This document shows, one piece after another, positions 17,780 through 26,707 of a DNA stretch of 64,000 bases; within the stretch, counting starts at the first letter, position 1, and each line of letters opens with the position of its first letter. Source of the stretch: an uncultured virus (IMG/VR IMGVR_UViG_3300046520_000318). Taxonomy: Duplodnaviria; Heunggongvirae; Uroviricota; Caudoviricetes. The stretch lies in IMG/VR virus record IMGVR_UViG_3300046520_000318, one strand, 5' to 3'. Under the pieces are notes generated by a model. The model searched no databases and was not told where the DNA came from. It saw only the letters and a list, made by a program, of their open reading frames with translations. The position numbers and the translations under genes were made by a program.

Positions 17780-18100
17780 ATGGCCAAGCTTACCTATCAG
17801 CAGTTGATCGAGCGCGCAGCGTTGACTGCGCTGGATCAGTTCAAGGCGCTCAGCGCTTATAAGGCGCTAAAAGCCGAACTGAGCGAAATGTACGCAACCT
17901 TTTTTGAGGAGCACGGCCGCCCTGCAGGGAAATTTCATCAGGACAACGACGATTTCCTGCCGGTGATGCTTTTCACCGATCACCAATATCAACGCGTACA
18001 GGCAGCAAAGAAAGCCGAGTACAACGCGCGTCGTCGCCATCTCAGCGCTGTCCGTGCTCTTGCTGATTACCGGCCGGCCCATATACAGGAGGCGGCGTAA
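17780..18100 (+). CDS. Hypothetical protein
   Basis: ORF coupled to the replication gene. Confidence 0.65.
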   Translation: MAKLTYQQLIERAALTALDQFKALSAYKALKAELSEMYATFFEEHGRPAGKFHQDNDDFLPVMLFTDHQYQRVQAAKKAEYNARRRHLSAVRALADYRPAHIQEAA

Positions 18101-19014
18101 TGGCTCGCGCACGCAATATCAAGCCCGCACTGTTCACCAACGAGATTCTCGGCGTTGGTCATCCACTGTGCACTTTGCTATTCCAAGGGCTCTGGTTGCT
18201 GGCCGACAAAGAGGGTCGCCTTGAAGATCGTCCGCTGCGCATTAAGGCAGAGATCTTTCCCTACCGCGAAGCTGACGTTGACTCGATGCTGCACTGGTTG
18301 GCGCACAAAGGCTTCATCGTTCGCTACACGGCCAGTGGCAAGTCGTATATCGAGGTCGTGAACTTCACCAAACATCAGAACCCGCACAAGAACGAGAAGG
18401 ACTCAGAAATCCCTTCCGTAACAGATGGTTGTATCACTTCCGATTTTCTCGGTACTCGTTCCGAATTAATCGGTACGGCTCGGGCTGATTCCCTCTCTTC
18501 TGATTCTGATCTTCTGATTCCTGATTCTCTGATTCCTGATGTTCTGATCCCGGAACAAAAACCCTTGCCGAGCGCTGTCGCTCCGGCGCCGTCGAACATC
18601 GAAGTGCTGAAGCCACGGCCCAAGCAAAAGACCGAAGCCCAGCAGGCCAACGCCGCGACATGGGACGCCTACACGATCGCCTATCTCGAACGCTACGGCG
18701 TCGAGCCTGTTCGTAACGCCAAGGTCAACGCCCAGGTTGCCCAACTCGTTCAACGCCTTGGGGCTGATGAGGCCCCGCTGGTCGCGATGTTCTACGTGAC
18801 CATCAACGACTCGTTCTTCATCCGCGCCTCGCACGACCTTGGGTTGCTGGTGGCTCGCGCTGAAGGCATCCGCACGCAATGGCTGACTGGTCGCCAGGTC
18901 AACGCCGTGACCGCCCGCCAGATGGAGAACACGCAGGCCAACATCAACGCTGCGCAACAGGCAGCGTCCGCTATCCGCAACGGGGGAGGGCGTGGCAATG
19001 CTTTCATTCGATGA
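18100..19014 (+). CDS. Phage replication initiator (O-like)
   Basis: MARARNIKP.LF...LLFQGLW..AD.EGRL N-terminus; internal iteron-like repeats. Confidence 0.85.
   Translation: MARARNIKPALFTNEILGVGHPLCTLLFQGLWLLADKEGRLEDRPLRIKAEIFPYREADVDSMLHWLAHKGFIVRYTASGKSYIEVVNFTKHQNPHKNEKDSEIPSVTDGCITSDFLGTRSELIGTARADSLSSDSDLLIPDSLIPDVLIPEQKPLPSAVAPAPSNIEVLKPRPKQKTEAQQANAATWDAYTIAYLERYGVEPVRNAKVNAQVAQLVQRLGADEAPLVAMFYVTINDSFFIRASHDLGLLVARAEGIRTQWLTGRQVNAVTARQMENTQANINAAQQAASAIRNGGGRGNAFIR
18438..18556. repeat. Probable replication origin iterons inside the initiator gene
   Basis: TTCCGA-N5-TCGGTAC twice (18438, 18459) followed by tandem CTGATT(C) units with ~15-bp period. Confidence 0.65.
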
Positions 19015-19783
19015 TCAAGCAGAACTCGCCATGGCGATCTGCGCTACTGCTGAAACCCTTGGGCAGACCATCAGTTCCAACGCTGCCCAGATGATGGCCG
19101 AGGATCTTGCGGAGTACACCATTGAGGTGATCGCCAGCGCCTTGCGTAGCTGCCGCCGCGAACTGACTGGACGCCTGACCCTCGGAGCGATCCTGCAGCG
19201 CATCCAGGCCGCGGACGGTCGCCCGGGAAAGGATGAGGCCTGGTCGATCGCCATGGCAGCCAGCGATGAGTTTGACACCGTCGTGCTGACTCACGAGATC
19301 AGGCAAGCCATGAGCGCGTCTGGGCCGATTCTCGACGCAGGCGATAAGGTTGGCGCCCGTATGGCGTTCCTCAGCGCCTATGAGCGCCTGGTTAGCTCTG
19401 CGCGCGCCGAAGGTCTTCCACTCAAGTGGGAGGTTTCTCTCGGCTATGACTCTGCTCGTCGCGTACAGGCCATTGAATCGGCAGTCCGCTCGCAACTGAT
19501 CAGTCAGGACGCTGGCACGAAGTATCTGGCCGACTTGCGAATTGCTCCGGTTACAGAAGACGGCCGCGCCGTTGCTGGATTGCTTACCGGGTCGGTCGCC
19601 CGGCCAAGTGCCGACGTCCGCGCCAAGCTGAAGGTCATCAAAGACAACATGGCCGAGATGCAGGCGGCGTCAGAAGAGCGTCGTGTCGAAATGAAGATCG
19701 AGGCTGCAAACGAGCTCGCTGAGCGCCGCGCGCTGCTCAACCGTCAAGCCGAAGAGCTGGCCGCACAGAGGGCAGCGAAATGA
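18998..19783 (+). CDS. Replication protein downstream of initiator (putative helicase loader, P-like)
   Basis: Position overlapping the O-like gene; DGRPGKDEAW motif. Confidence 0.6.
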   Translation: MLSFDDQAELAMAICATAETLGQTISSNAAQMMAEDLAEYTIEVIASALRSCRRELTGRLTLGAILQRIQAADGRPGKDEAWSIAMAASDEFDTVVLTHEIRQAMSASGPILDAGDKVGARMAFLSAYERLVSSARAEGLPLKWEVSLGYDSARRVQAIESAVRSQLISQDAGTKYLADLRIAPVTEDGRAVAGLLTGSVARPSADVRAKLKVIKDNMAEMQAASEERRVEMKIEAANELAERRALLNRQAEELAAQRAAK

Positions 19784-20049
19784 CCGAACAGAAGCTTTAT
19801 TGCTCGTTCTGCGGCGAAAGCCAGGACGACGTAGTCGCACTTGTTCAGGGGCCGAGTGTGAACATTTGCGAAAAGTGCGTTGGGTTGTGCATCGAGACGC
19901 TGACAGGCGCAGGCCAGTGGCCGACAGCCAACAACGCCGCACTGCTACGCGGCCTGATGGCTCTGGCTGCCGAGATCGGTCCGAAATGCACCTCGTCAGT
20001 GCGAGCGGCCATGGGCATGGGCTCTCAGCAGTCGGAGGCCCACCCATGA
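19780..20049 (+). CDS. ClpX C4-type zinc finger protein
   Basis: LYCSFCGESQDDVVALVQGPSVNICEKCVGLC closely resembles the ClpX N-terminal ZBD. Confidence 0.85.
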   Translation: MTEQKLYCSFCGESQDDVVALVQGPSVNICEKCVGLCIETLTGAGQWPTANNAALLRGLMALAAEIGPKCTSSVRAAMGMGSQQSEAHP

Positions 20050-20216
20050 CTCCCAACCAGCAGAAAACAATCGACGCGCTCAAGTCTGAGGGCTTCCAGG
20101 TTTCCCGCAACTACCACGACATGACGCTCATGACCAAGGGTGCGGATAACCGTCTTGTGCGCCATGACGGCAGCCAGCGTCGGGCGCAGCCGCATTTCGA
20201 GAGGGTGAAGCCATGA
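20046..20216 (+). CDS. Small nin-region protein
   Basis: GGAGG RBS, ATGA coupling. Confidence 0.55.
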   Translation: MTPNQQKTIDALKSEGFQVSRNYHDMTLMTKGADNRLVRHDGSQRRAQPHFERVKP

Positions 20217-20440
20217 TCGGTCGTAAATCCTTGGGGTTCATGTATCTGGCCCGCCGCGCGTGCGGGAAGGTTTCTGCCGCTTGCTGGGATGACGCAGGTG
20301 ACAAAAAGGGGACCGCTAAGTGCGTGGCCGGTTACATCAAGCGTGGCGATACCGTCGAGCGTGTTGAGCGTTACGAAGGTGACGGGATGCCTGAATGGAT
20401 CTGCCGTCCTGGCTGCAACGATTGTGGGGCGAAGCCATGA
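20213..20440 (+). CDS. Small nin-region protein
   Basis: ATGA coupling on both sides. Confidence 0.55.
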   Translation: MIGRKSLGFMYLARRACGKVSAACWDDAGDKKGTAKCVAGYIKRGDTVERVERYEGDGMPEWICRPGCNDCGAKP

Positions 20441-20549
20441 CCAACCGAATCTGGATCGTCCTGACCATCATCGTCGTGGTAGCCGGTTATGGCTTTCACC
20501 ACAAAATTCAGCGGGTGACTGCGCCTGCTCAGCAGGGAGCGTTGTTCAG

Positions 20550-20801
20550 ATGAGTAGCCCACTTTCCGCTTTCGAGAAGTTCTCCGGGCTTCAGGAATGG
20601 CCTGAAGAGATTGCACACCTGAAAGGCAAAAAACTGTTCCGTAAAAAGGACAACGGCCAGTACATCATTCGCCATCCGAGTGGCCAAGCAATCGGCGGCA
20701 AGCCTGCCGCATACCTTGAGCCAGCCGGATGCGATTGGACTGCGCGAAGTCACTGGAAGAGCCACGCCAAAATCCTTACCGATTTCGTGGTGAAGCCATG
20801 A
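20550..20801 (+). CDS. Small nin-region protein
   Basis: ORF MSSPLSAFEK..., coupled to neighbours. Confidence 0.55.
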   Translation: MSSPLSAFEKFSGLQEWPEEIAHLKGKKLFRKKDNGQYIIRHPSGQAIGGKPAAYLEPAGCDWTARSHWKSHAKILTDFVVKP

Positions 20802-21535
20802 CCGACATTCAGAAGCTGAAGGCGCTGGCTGAGGCGGCGCATGTTGGCGACAAGCCTGCGACCATGCCCATCGTCGAGCTGATTGGCGCAATGGATTCAT
20901 TCAAGGCGGCTGCCAACCCTGCCGCAGTTCTTGAGCTGATCGCGGAGATTGAGCGGCTGAAGACGTTGCGCAGCAAAACAGAGCGAGATCTTGAGCAAGA
21001 ACTTGAGGTTTGGCGTCATGGCCCATTTTGTTGGAATTGCGGAGACACTGGCGACGTTCATAACCCTGTCGGCGAATGGCTGGGCGAATGCGATTGTCTT
21101 TCCGCTCAGTTGATCGGGGCGAATCACCAGCGCGACCAGCTCAAGGCCGAGAACACCGACCTACACGCCACCCTTCACGCTGCTAAGGGGGAGATTGAAA
21201 GGCTCAAGGCCGAGAACGAAGCGCTGCGCAAACACGCTCCAAGTACCGAAATCATCTGGTGCGAATGCGGTGACGGATACCCGGCGAACAGCTATGGCGC
21301 TGGCTTCATGGATGCTAATGGCGGAGTTTGCGAAAACTGCGATGCGGCTCATCCCAAGATTTCATGCCCGCTTGAGCTGTTCGAGGGGCTGCGGGACGCC
21401 GCTGCCGAAGAGGCCGAGCAGCACCGCCAGTGCATGGGCAGTTATCGGCCTGGCCGCCAGGAAGTCTTGGACGCTGTAGTTCGCCAGTGTGATGAGCTGA
21501 TCGCAGGCGCAAGCAAGGAGGCATCCAATGGCTGA
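20798..21535 (+). CDS. Ead/Ea22-like mosaic protein with CxxC motifs
   Basis: DIQKLKALAEAA...AANPAAVLELIAEIERL signature. Confidence 0.7.
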   Translation: MTDIQKLKALAEAAHVGDKPATMPIVELIGAMDSFKAAANPAAVLELIAEIERLKTLRSKTERDLEQELEVWRHGPFCWNCGDTGDVHNPVGEWLGECDCLSAQLIGANHQRDQLKAENTDLHATLHAAKGEIERLKAENEALRKHAPSTEIIWCECGDGYPANSYGAGFMDANGGVCENCDAAHPKISCPLELFEGLRDAAAEEAEQHRQCMGSYRPGRQEVLDAVVRQCDELIAGASKEASNG

Positions 21536-22115
21536 AGTTGCGCTTATTCGTACCGCTCAAGGTCTGGTCCCGGCCACGGAGGCGGACCGCGAAACCATGC
21601 AGAAGTGGAAGGCCGGTCAGGTCATCCACGGCAAGTTCACCAAGATGAGGAACGCTAAATTTCATGGCAAGTTCTTCTCCATGCTGGATCTTGCGTGGGA
21701 GTACTGGGAGCCGGTCGGGGGGCTTGTGCCTCGGCAGGAGCTGCGCGGCATCCAGGGCCTGGCCAAGTTCTTCGAGAAAGCCAACGGCAAGCCGGGCCAG
21801 CTGTCTGAGGCGGTGGCGGCGTATATCGCCCAGATCGAAGCCGAGCGCGCTGAACGCTTCCCTTCGGTGGACAAGAGCCGCGAGGCGTTCCGCGACTGGA
21901 TCACTATCGAGGCCGGGCATTTCCACCTGGTGCAGACGCCCGACGGCATCCGCAAGGAGCGCAAGTCTATCAGTTGGGCTTCGATGGACGACACCGAATT
22001 CGAGCCTCTTTACCGCGACGTCTTCAACGCTTGCTGGCGACTGGTGCTGTCTGCGCATTTCGAAACCGAGCAGGACGCTCAGGCAGCCGCGGACATGATT
22101 GGGGGCTTCGCATGA
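21528..22115 (+). CDS. DUF1367-family nin-region protein
   Basis: RNAKFHGKFFSML...KSISWASMDDTEFEPLY pattern. Confidence 0.8.
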   Translation: MAEVALIRTAQGLVPATEADRETMQKWKAGQVIHGKFTKMRNAKFHGKFFSMLDLAWEYWEPVGGLVPRQELRGIQGLAKFFEKANGKPGQLSEAVAAYIAQIEAERAERFPSVDKSREAFRDWITIEAGHFHLVQTPDGIRKERKSISWASMDDTEFEPLYRDVFNACWRLVLSAHFETEQDAQAAADMIGGFA

Positions 22116-22215
22116 AGACCATCAAGGCCCTCATCAGCACCATCCGCTGCTTCGTCACGCTCATTGAGGCTGGGTATCAGCACCACCAGGTGGAATTCAA
22201 GTTCGGAGGTGGGTT

Positions 22216-22827
22216 GTGATCGGACAGGCAGTGAAGAAGTCGCCGCCGGCACGCAAGCATAAGACCTGCGCCAATCCGGAATGCGCCACCAAGTTCGTGC
22301 CGGCCAAGCTGGGGCAGAAGGTTTGCGGCTGGGCGTGCGGCCTGGCCATCGCTCCGGCGAATCAGGATAAGGCGCGCAAGGCACTGGCTCAGATCGAGCG
22401 TAAGGAATTGCGTGCGCGCAAGGAGAAGCTGAAGAGCCGCGGCGATCATCTGCGCGAGGCTCAGCAGGCGTTTAACGAGTTCATCCGCTGGCGTGATCAG
22501 TTGGCCGGGCACTTGTGCATCTCCAGCGGCAAGCCATTGGACTGGAACGGGAACGCCGTAGACGCCGGGCATTACCGCAGCGTTGGCTCAGCGCCGCACC
22601 TGCGCTTCGACGAGCGCAACTGTCACGCCCAGAGCAAACAGGACAATCGGTTCTTGTCTGGCAATGCCGTGGATTACCGGATCGGACTCATTGCGCGCAT
22701 TGGTCTCGCCGAGGTTGAGGCGCTGGAGTCCGACCAGACCGTGAAGAAGTACACCGTCGACGATTTGAAAGCCATCAAGGCGCATTACCGCGCGCTGACC
22801 AGAGCCCTGAAGGAGCAAGCAGCATGA
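22216..22827 (+). CDS. ninG: NinG/Rap recombination endonuclease
   Basis: AQQAFNEFIR.RD...CISSG...DAGHYRSVG..PHLRFDERNCHAQ. Confidence 0.92.
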   Translation: MIGQAVKKSPPARKHKTCANPECATKFVPAKLGQKVCGWACGLAIAPANQDKARKALAQIERKELRARKEKLKSRGDHLREAQQAFNEFIRWRDQLAGHLCISSGKPLDWNGNAVDAGHYRSVGSAPHLRFDERNCHAQSKQDNRFLSGNAVDYRIGLIARIGLAEVEALESDQTVKKYTVDDLKAIKAHYRALTRALKEQAA

Positions 22828-23006
22828 CCATTCTGAATTTGAAGTGGAGCAAGGGCGCGCCGGAAGAATTGCTGCCGGGGATGATCGTTCGGTGCCGAGG
22901 CAATCTGATGCTCGTCGGCACCTTCACGCCAGAACCCATCGTCGCAACCATGCTGGCCGACTGCACGGAATACACCCAGGCCATAGCCGATTACGAACTC
23001 GATTAG
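22824..23006 (+). CDS. Small hypothetical protein
   Basis: AAGGAG RBS, ATGA coupling. Confidence 0.5.
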   Translation: MTILNLKWSKGAPEELLPGMIVRCRGNLMLVGTFTPEPIVATMLADCTEYTQAIADYELD

Positions 23007-23044
23007 CTGAGCAGTGCGGGTATTCCCGCCAAGGCGGTGGCGTG

Positions 23045-23215
23045 ATGGATTCGGCCAAGGGCAAGCCTTGCCCAGCCTGCGGTGAGCCTATGTCCAGTCT
23101 CGCTAGCCAGTTCGTTCGCATGTGCACCGGCTGCCCGTACACCGAAGCATGGAATCTGGAAAAGGACCAGAAGCCGTTGCTTACGGATTCGCGCGATCGA
23201 GGCCTGCAGTCGTGA
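23045..23215 (+). CDS. Small zinc-ribbon protein
   Basis: CPAC...CTGC. Confidence 0.55.
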   Translation: MDSAKGKPCPACGEPMSSLASQFVRMCTGCPYTEAWNLEKDQKPLLTDSRDRGLQS

Positions 23216-23261
23216 AAGAGGCTGTGCGCGTTCAAATTCTACCGATGAAGGCGGGTTAACC

Positions 23262-23534
23262 ATGATCCAGCAGTCGCCGCAGCAACTCACCATCGACTTC
23301 ACCGCCCTGGTTATCCAGATCCCACGCAGGCCGATACGCAGCACGATCTGTGCTGGCGCCACACTGGTCACTCTGGATGGCGTAACGATGCCCGCAATGG
23401 AATGGGCAGTGAGAAGGGGATTGAAGTGGCAGACAGTGAAGATGCGGCGACTGCGCGGTGATAACTGGAAGGAGGCGCTGGCCCCAGAGTTGAGGCGCAG
23501 CACCTTCATGTCAGGCTGGAAGATGCACGGTTAG
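23262..23534 (+). CDS. Small basic HTH-like protein at the Q position (candidate late regulator)
   Basis: LVTLDGVTMPAMEWAVRRGLKWQTVKMRRLRG..W.EAL resembles the HTH-like DNA-binding tails of phage HNH proteins. Confidence 0.5.
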   Translation: MIQQSPQQLTIDFTALVIQIPRRPIRSTICAGATLVTLDGVTMPAMEWAVRRGLKWQTVKMRRLRGDNWKEALAPELRRSTFMSGWKMHG

Positions 23535-23797
23535 CGCCAGACATGCAGAACCTTGTCGCCGTCGCCTTCCGCGGCTGCGCGCCACTTCAGTTCGTCGACC
23601 AAGGATTGCAGGCGGGTGATCTTCTCGGAGTCCAGGGTGCCGCCGACGATGGCGTTCTCGTTGGAGCCGGACAGGCTGATTACCAGCAGAGCGTCGGACG
23701 GATTCTGGTCCATGGCATAGGCAGCAATGCCCATCACCTCAGTGATCGCCATGTACGCAGAGTCGCGAGTAGAGCCGATAAAGTTTTTCGCAGTCAT
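23531..23797 (-). CDS. Hypothetical protein, divergent from the holin
   Basis: MTAKNFIGS..., preceded by a minus-strand copy of the CAGTCACA element. Confidence 0.55.
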   Translation of the reverse strand: MTAKNFIGSTRDSAYMAITEVMGIAAYAMDQNPSDALLVISLSGSNENAIVGGTLDSEKITRLQSLVDELKWRAAAEGDGDKVLHVWR

Positions 23798-23825
23798 GTG
23801 AAGTGCCCCGTGTGATTGAGCATTC

Positions 23826-23854
23826 AGTCCATGTGACTGACGGTAGCCGTGCAA
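23826..23854 (-). promoter_or_regulatory. CAGTCACA promoter-like element, leftward copy
   Basis: Minus strand TTGCAC-ggctaccgtCAGTCACA-TGGACT (17-bp spacer). Confidence 0.55.
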
Positions 23855-23857
23855 GCC

Positions 23858-23885
23858 TTGCCCAAAGAATCCAGTCACATAGGCT
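23858..23885 (+). promoter_or_regulatory. CAGTCACA late promoter-like element before the holin
   Basis: TTGCCC-aaagaatcCAGTCACA-TAGGCT. Confidence 0.75.
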
Positions 23886-23958
23886 GATGGCAAGACGCAA
23901 TCAGCCCAAGGGCCGAACATGACCAATGAAATCAGCAGTACCACGGCGGAGGTGAGGA

Positions 23959-24285
23959 ATGGAGTACCTGTCCCGCGTGATTGACAAGGTTGATGTCCTC
24001 ATCGCCGGGTTCATAGGTTCCATTATCGCGAGCTGGTGGCACAAGGGTGAATTGGACAACTGGAAGGGCTGGGCAATCTTCATGCTGACCGGCGTAGCCT
24101 GCGCTTTCTACCTGACTGGCATGGTCAGCAACCATCTGAGCATCACCGACCCTGGGAATGTGGCAGGCGTCGGATTTCTCCTTGGTGCCTTTGGCGGATC
24201 TCTAATGATCGCTGTCTACAGAGCCATCAAGGCGGCCGACATCTGGGCGCTGATTCGCTCCAAGTTTGGAGGAGGCAATCCGTGA
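23959..24285 (+). CDS. Putative holin
   Basis: Three hydrophobic segments, basic C-terminus, first gene of the late region. Confidence 0.72.
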   Translation: MEYLSRVIDKVDVLIAGFIGSIIASWWHKGELDNWKGWAIFMLTGVACAFYLTGMVSNHLSITDPGNVAGVGFLLGAFGGSLMIAVYRAIKAADIWALIRSKFGGGNP

Positions 24286-24605
24286 CCACACAGAACTTCA
24301 GCACATTCTTCATCGCGTTGATCGTCTTATGGGCGATCTGGTCCGTTTTCAGCCGCAGGGTGCGTGATGGGGTGATAGGCAAGGTGATCTACGCCTCTAT
24401 CGCCCTGTCTGGCTACGCCATCGTCACCCGCGCTGAATCGCTCTACATCACCCCTACGGTCGCAGGAGTCACGTTCCATGCATCACTGGCATGCGCAGGT
24501 ATGAGGCACATCTTCATGGTCACCTGGTGGCCGCAGGTCAAGCGCTGGCTGTGCAGGAAGCTCAACTGCGAGCACTGCATCCAGTCGACCGACAAGCACA
24601 ACTGA
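24282..24605 (+). CDS. Membrane protein (second holin/antiholin-like)
   Basis: Three hydrophobic segments, overlaps the holin stop. Confidence 0.6.
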   Translation: MTTQNFSTFFIALIVLWAIWSVFSRRVRDGVIGKVIYASIALSGYAIVTRAESLYITPTVAGVTFHASLACAGMRHIFMVTWWPQVKRWLCRKLNCEHCIQSTDKHN

Positions 24606-24630
24606 TCAATCAAGCACGGGAGCAGTGCGC

Positions 24631-24888
24631 ATGACCGCAGAGCAATTCGCCTATTGGCTTCAAGGATTCGCTGAGCTGACTGAGGGCACCCAGCCTACGC
24701 CCGAGCAGTGGAAGTCCATCAATGACCACCTGAATACGGTGTTCGTGAAGGTGACGCCGAAGATCGGGCTGCCTCCCAGTACCGGACCGGTCTTCGCCGA
24801 GCCAGCGCGGCATCTGACGCCCCTTGAGCGGTTTGAGCGCAGTGTTTGGCCTCATCACACAATCGGGCAGCCGCTGATCACATGCTGA
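24631..24888 (+). CDS. Conserved small phage protein
   Basis: MTAEQFAYWLQGFAEL...PTPEQW..I.DHL..VF.KVTP. Confidence 0.7.
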   Translation: MTAEQFAYWLQGFAELTEGTQPTPEQWKSINDHLNTVFVKVTPKIGLPPSTGPVFAEPARHLTPLERFERSVWPHHTIGQPLITC

Positions 24889-24910
24889 TCGACGAGCAGG
24901 AGCGCTTCTG

Positions 24911-25348
24911 ATGACCACAATCGCCTACAAAGACGGGGTGATCGCGTATGACTCCCGCATTACTCTCGGGGCGATCATTTCTCATGACGACTACGAGAAG
25001 CTGATAGAGACCAAGGGCGTGAAGTTCATCCTGACAGGTGCTACCGGCGATTTCTCCCGCCTGATCGAAGCTTACTTCGGCGCGAGCCACAAAAACCTAG
25101 ATGCAAGCGGTCTGGCTTTCGATGGCGAGACAATTTGGTGTATCGGGCACAACAACTATGGGGGCTTCTGGAAAATCCCAGTATCCCCTCGATCTATCTA
25201 CGCCATGGGCAGCGGTATGCCTCACGCTCTGACTGCCATGGACATGGGCGCCAGTGCAGGAGAGGCGGTGGAAATGGCGAAGAAGCGCGATACAGGCACA
25301 GGTGGGCAGGTTCGGTTGCTGGTTCTTGATGCGGGCTCGCAGCGATGA
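24911..25348 (+). CDS. Ntn-hydrolase, proteasome-beta/HslV-like peptidase
   Basis: N-terminal MTTIAY..G.IAYDSR, Lys near position 30, AMGSG, AVEMA..RD..TGG. Confidence 0.78.
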   Translation: MTTIAYKDGVIAYDSRITLGAIISHDDYEKLIETKGVKFILTGATGDFSRLIEAYFGASHKNLDASGLAFDGETIWCIGHNNYGGFWKIPVSPRSIYAMGSGMPHALTAMDMGASAGEAVEMAKKRDTGTGGQVRLLVLDAGSQR

Positions 25349-25956
25349 AAGCCAAGAAGGTCGACTGGGATGCCGTAGAGCGGGAATACCGGGTAGGTCA
25401 GTTGTCCCTGCGTGCACTGGCATCCAAGCACGACTGTACCGCCGCCGCCATCAGTAAGAAGGCCAAAGAGAAGCGGTGGGCGAAGGATGCTACACAGGAA
25501 GTTCGTGAGCGTACGCGGGCCGCTCTGATCGTTCACGCCGCCGACAATGAGGAATCAGTTAACACTGTTAACTCATCTGTTAACACCCCTACACGGGAAG
25601 ACGTTGCAGTAGCTGTCCAGACCAACCTGGCAGTCATCAAGCGACATCGCAAGGACATCGGCCAAGGGCAGGAGATTGTCAGCCTGCTGATGGGCCAGCT
25701 CATCGACACGGCAGTCAACCGCGAGTCGATCGAAAACGACATCGAGATCGAGACGAAGGACGACGACAACGGCCAGCGCCGGTACCGAATGAATAAGGCC
25801 ATCTCGCTGCCGAGCAATGCTGCCGTGCTGCGTGACCTGTCCACCGCGATGAAGAATCTCGTCGCGCTCGAGCGTCAGGCCTACAACCTTGACGAAGTGA
25901 GTGGTGAAGAGTCAATCGAGGACCGCCTTGCTCGGCTGATGGAGGCGAAGGCATGA
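25345..25956 (+). CDS. terS: Terminase small subunit (putative)
   Basis: DWDAVEREYRVGQLSLRALA HTH; ERQAYNLD C-terminus; upstream of terL. Confidence 0.75.
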   Translation: MKAKKVDWDAVEREYRVGQLSLRALASKHDCTAAAISKKAKEKRWAKDATQEVRERTRAALIVHAADNEESVNTVNSSVNTPTREDVAVAVQTNLAVIKRHRKDIGQGQEIVSLLMGQLIDTAVNRESIENDIEIETKDDDNGQRRYRMNKAISLPSNAAVLRDLSTAMKNLVALERQAYNLDEVSGEESIEDRLARLMEAKA

Positions 25957-26327
25957 AGTTGCGCGACAACGACGCAATTTACGCCGAGGCCAAACGTCGG
26001 ATGGGCTTGCCGCTCAGTATGGATCCGTCGCGGCTCACTACACCGAACTTCGACAGATTCATTGAAGAGGTCGATCTCATCAAAGGATCGGCTGGAGGCT
26101 ATCGCAACGTAGTCATCTGCGTTGACTGCTCGGCAGTGCATCCATGCCCCTTTGGTGCCACTCATGAGAACGCGCACGACCATCTCAAGGTTTGTGGAAG
26201 CTGTGGCACTCGTTCTGGGTTTCGTGATGTGGTCGGCTGCTGGATATCCTTCTCGGTCTGGTGGAATCCTGCATCGTGGGGCCGGGGCTGCTGGTCCTTT
26301 GACTTCTGCACGGATCCGAAGCTATGA
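25953..26327 (+). CDS. Hypothetical Cys-rich protein
   Basis: ATGA coupling; two CxxC motifs. Confidence 0.5.
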   Translation: MKLRDNDAIYAEAKRRMGLPLSMDPSRLTTPNFDRFIEEVDLIKGSAGGYRNVVICVDCSAVHPCPFGATHENAHDHLKVCGSCGTRSGFRDVVGCWISFSVWWNPASWGRGCWSFDFCTDPKL

Positions 26328-26635
26328 AATTAAAGCCGGGGCTCGAAGCTGCATTGCGCATGCTGGTCGAAGGCAGCACGATCTACGTTGGATCGAGCGA
26401 ATGGGAGGCATTGGTTCAGTACGAGAAGATATGCCGGTCCTTCGATATGGAAGTTTTGCCCGGCTACACGATCATCCGCCAAGACTACGACCGAACCGTG
26501 CATGCGAGGCTCAAGCCGGGCGCCATGAAGATTATCTTCGAGTCGCGCCACGAAACGCCATCAAAGCAAATCGTGGCGCTAGGTAATTTTCAGATAACCC
26601 GTGACGGATCACTGGTAGAATCCGATTGCGGCTAG
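26324..26635 (+). CDS. Hypothetical protein
   Basis: ATGA coupling. Confidence 0.5.
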   Translation: MKLKPGLEAALRMLVEGSTIYVGSSEWEALVQYEKICRSFDMEVLPGYTIIRQDYDRTVHARLKPGAMKIIFESRHETPSKQIVALGNFQITRDGSLVESDCG

Positions 26636-26676
26636 GGTAGCTCCCGAACGGTGATCACCTCATCACCTGCCGCATC
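26624..26676 (+). ncRNA. c4-like structured antisense RNA (three-way junction)
   Basis: Stems TGCGGC/GCCGCA, GGG/CCC and GGTGAT/ATCACC; loop CACCTC is complementary to two downstream GAGGT sites. Confidence 0.65.
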
Positions 26677-26707
26677 CCACTGAGGTCATCGGCTAGAGGT
26701 AGTTGAT

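Noticed and set aside
20759..20793. Fifth GCGCCAC palindrome copy (GAGCCAC-N21-GTGGTGA)
   Set aside because: Several mismatches in the arms; could be chance.
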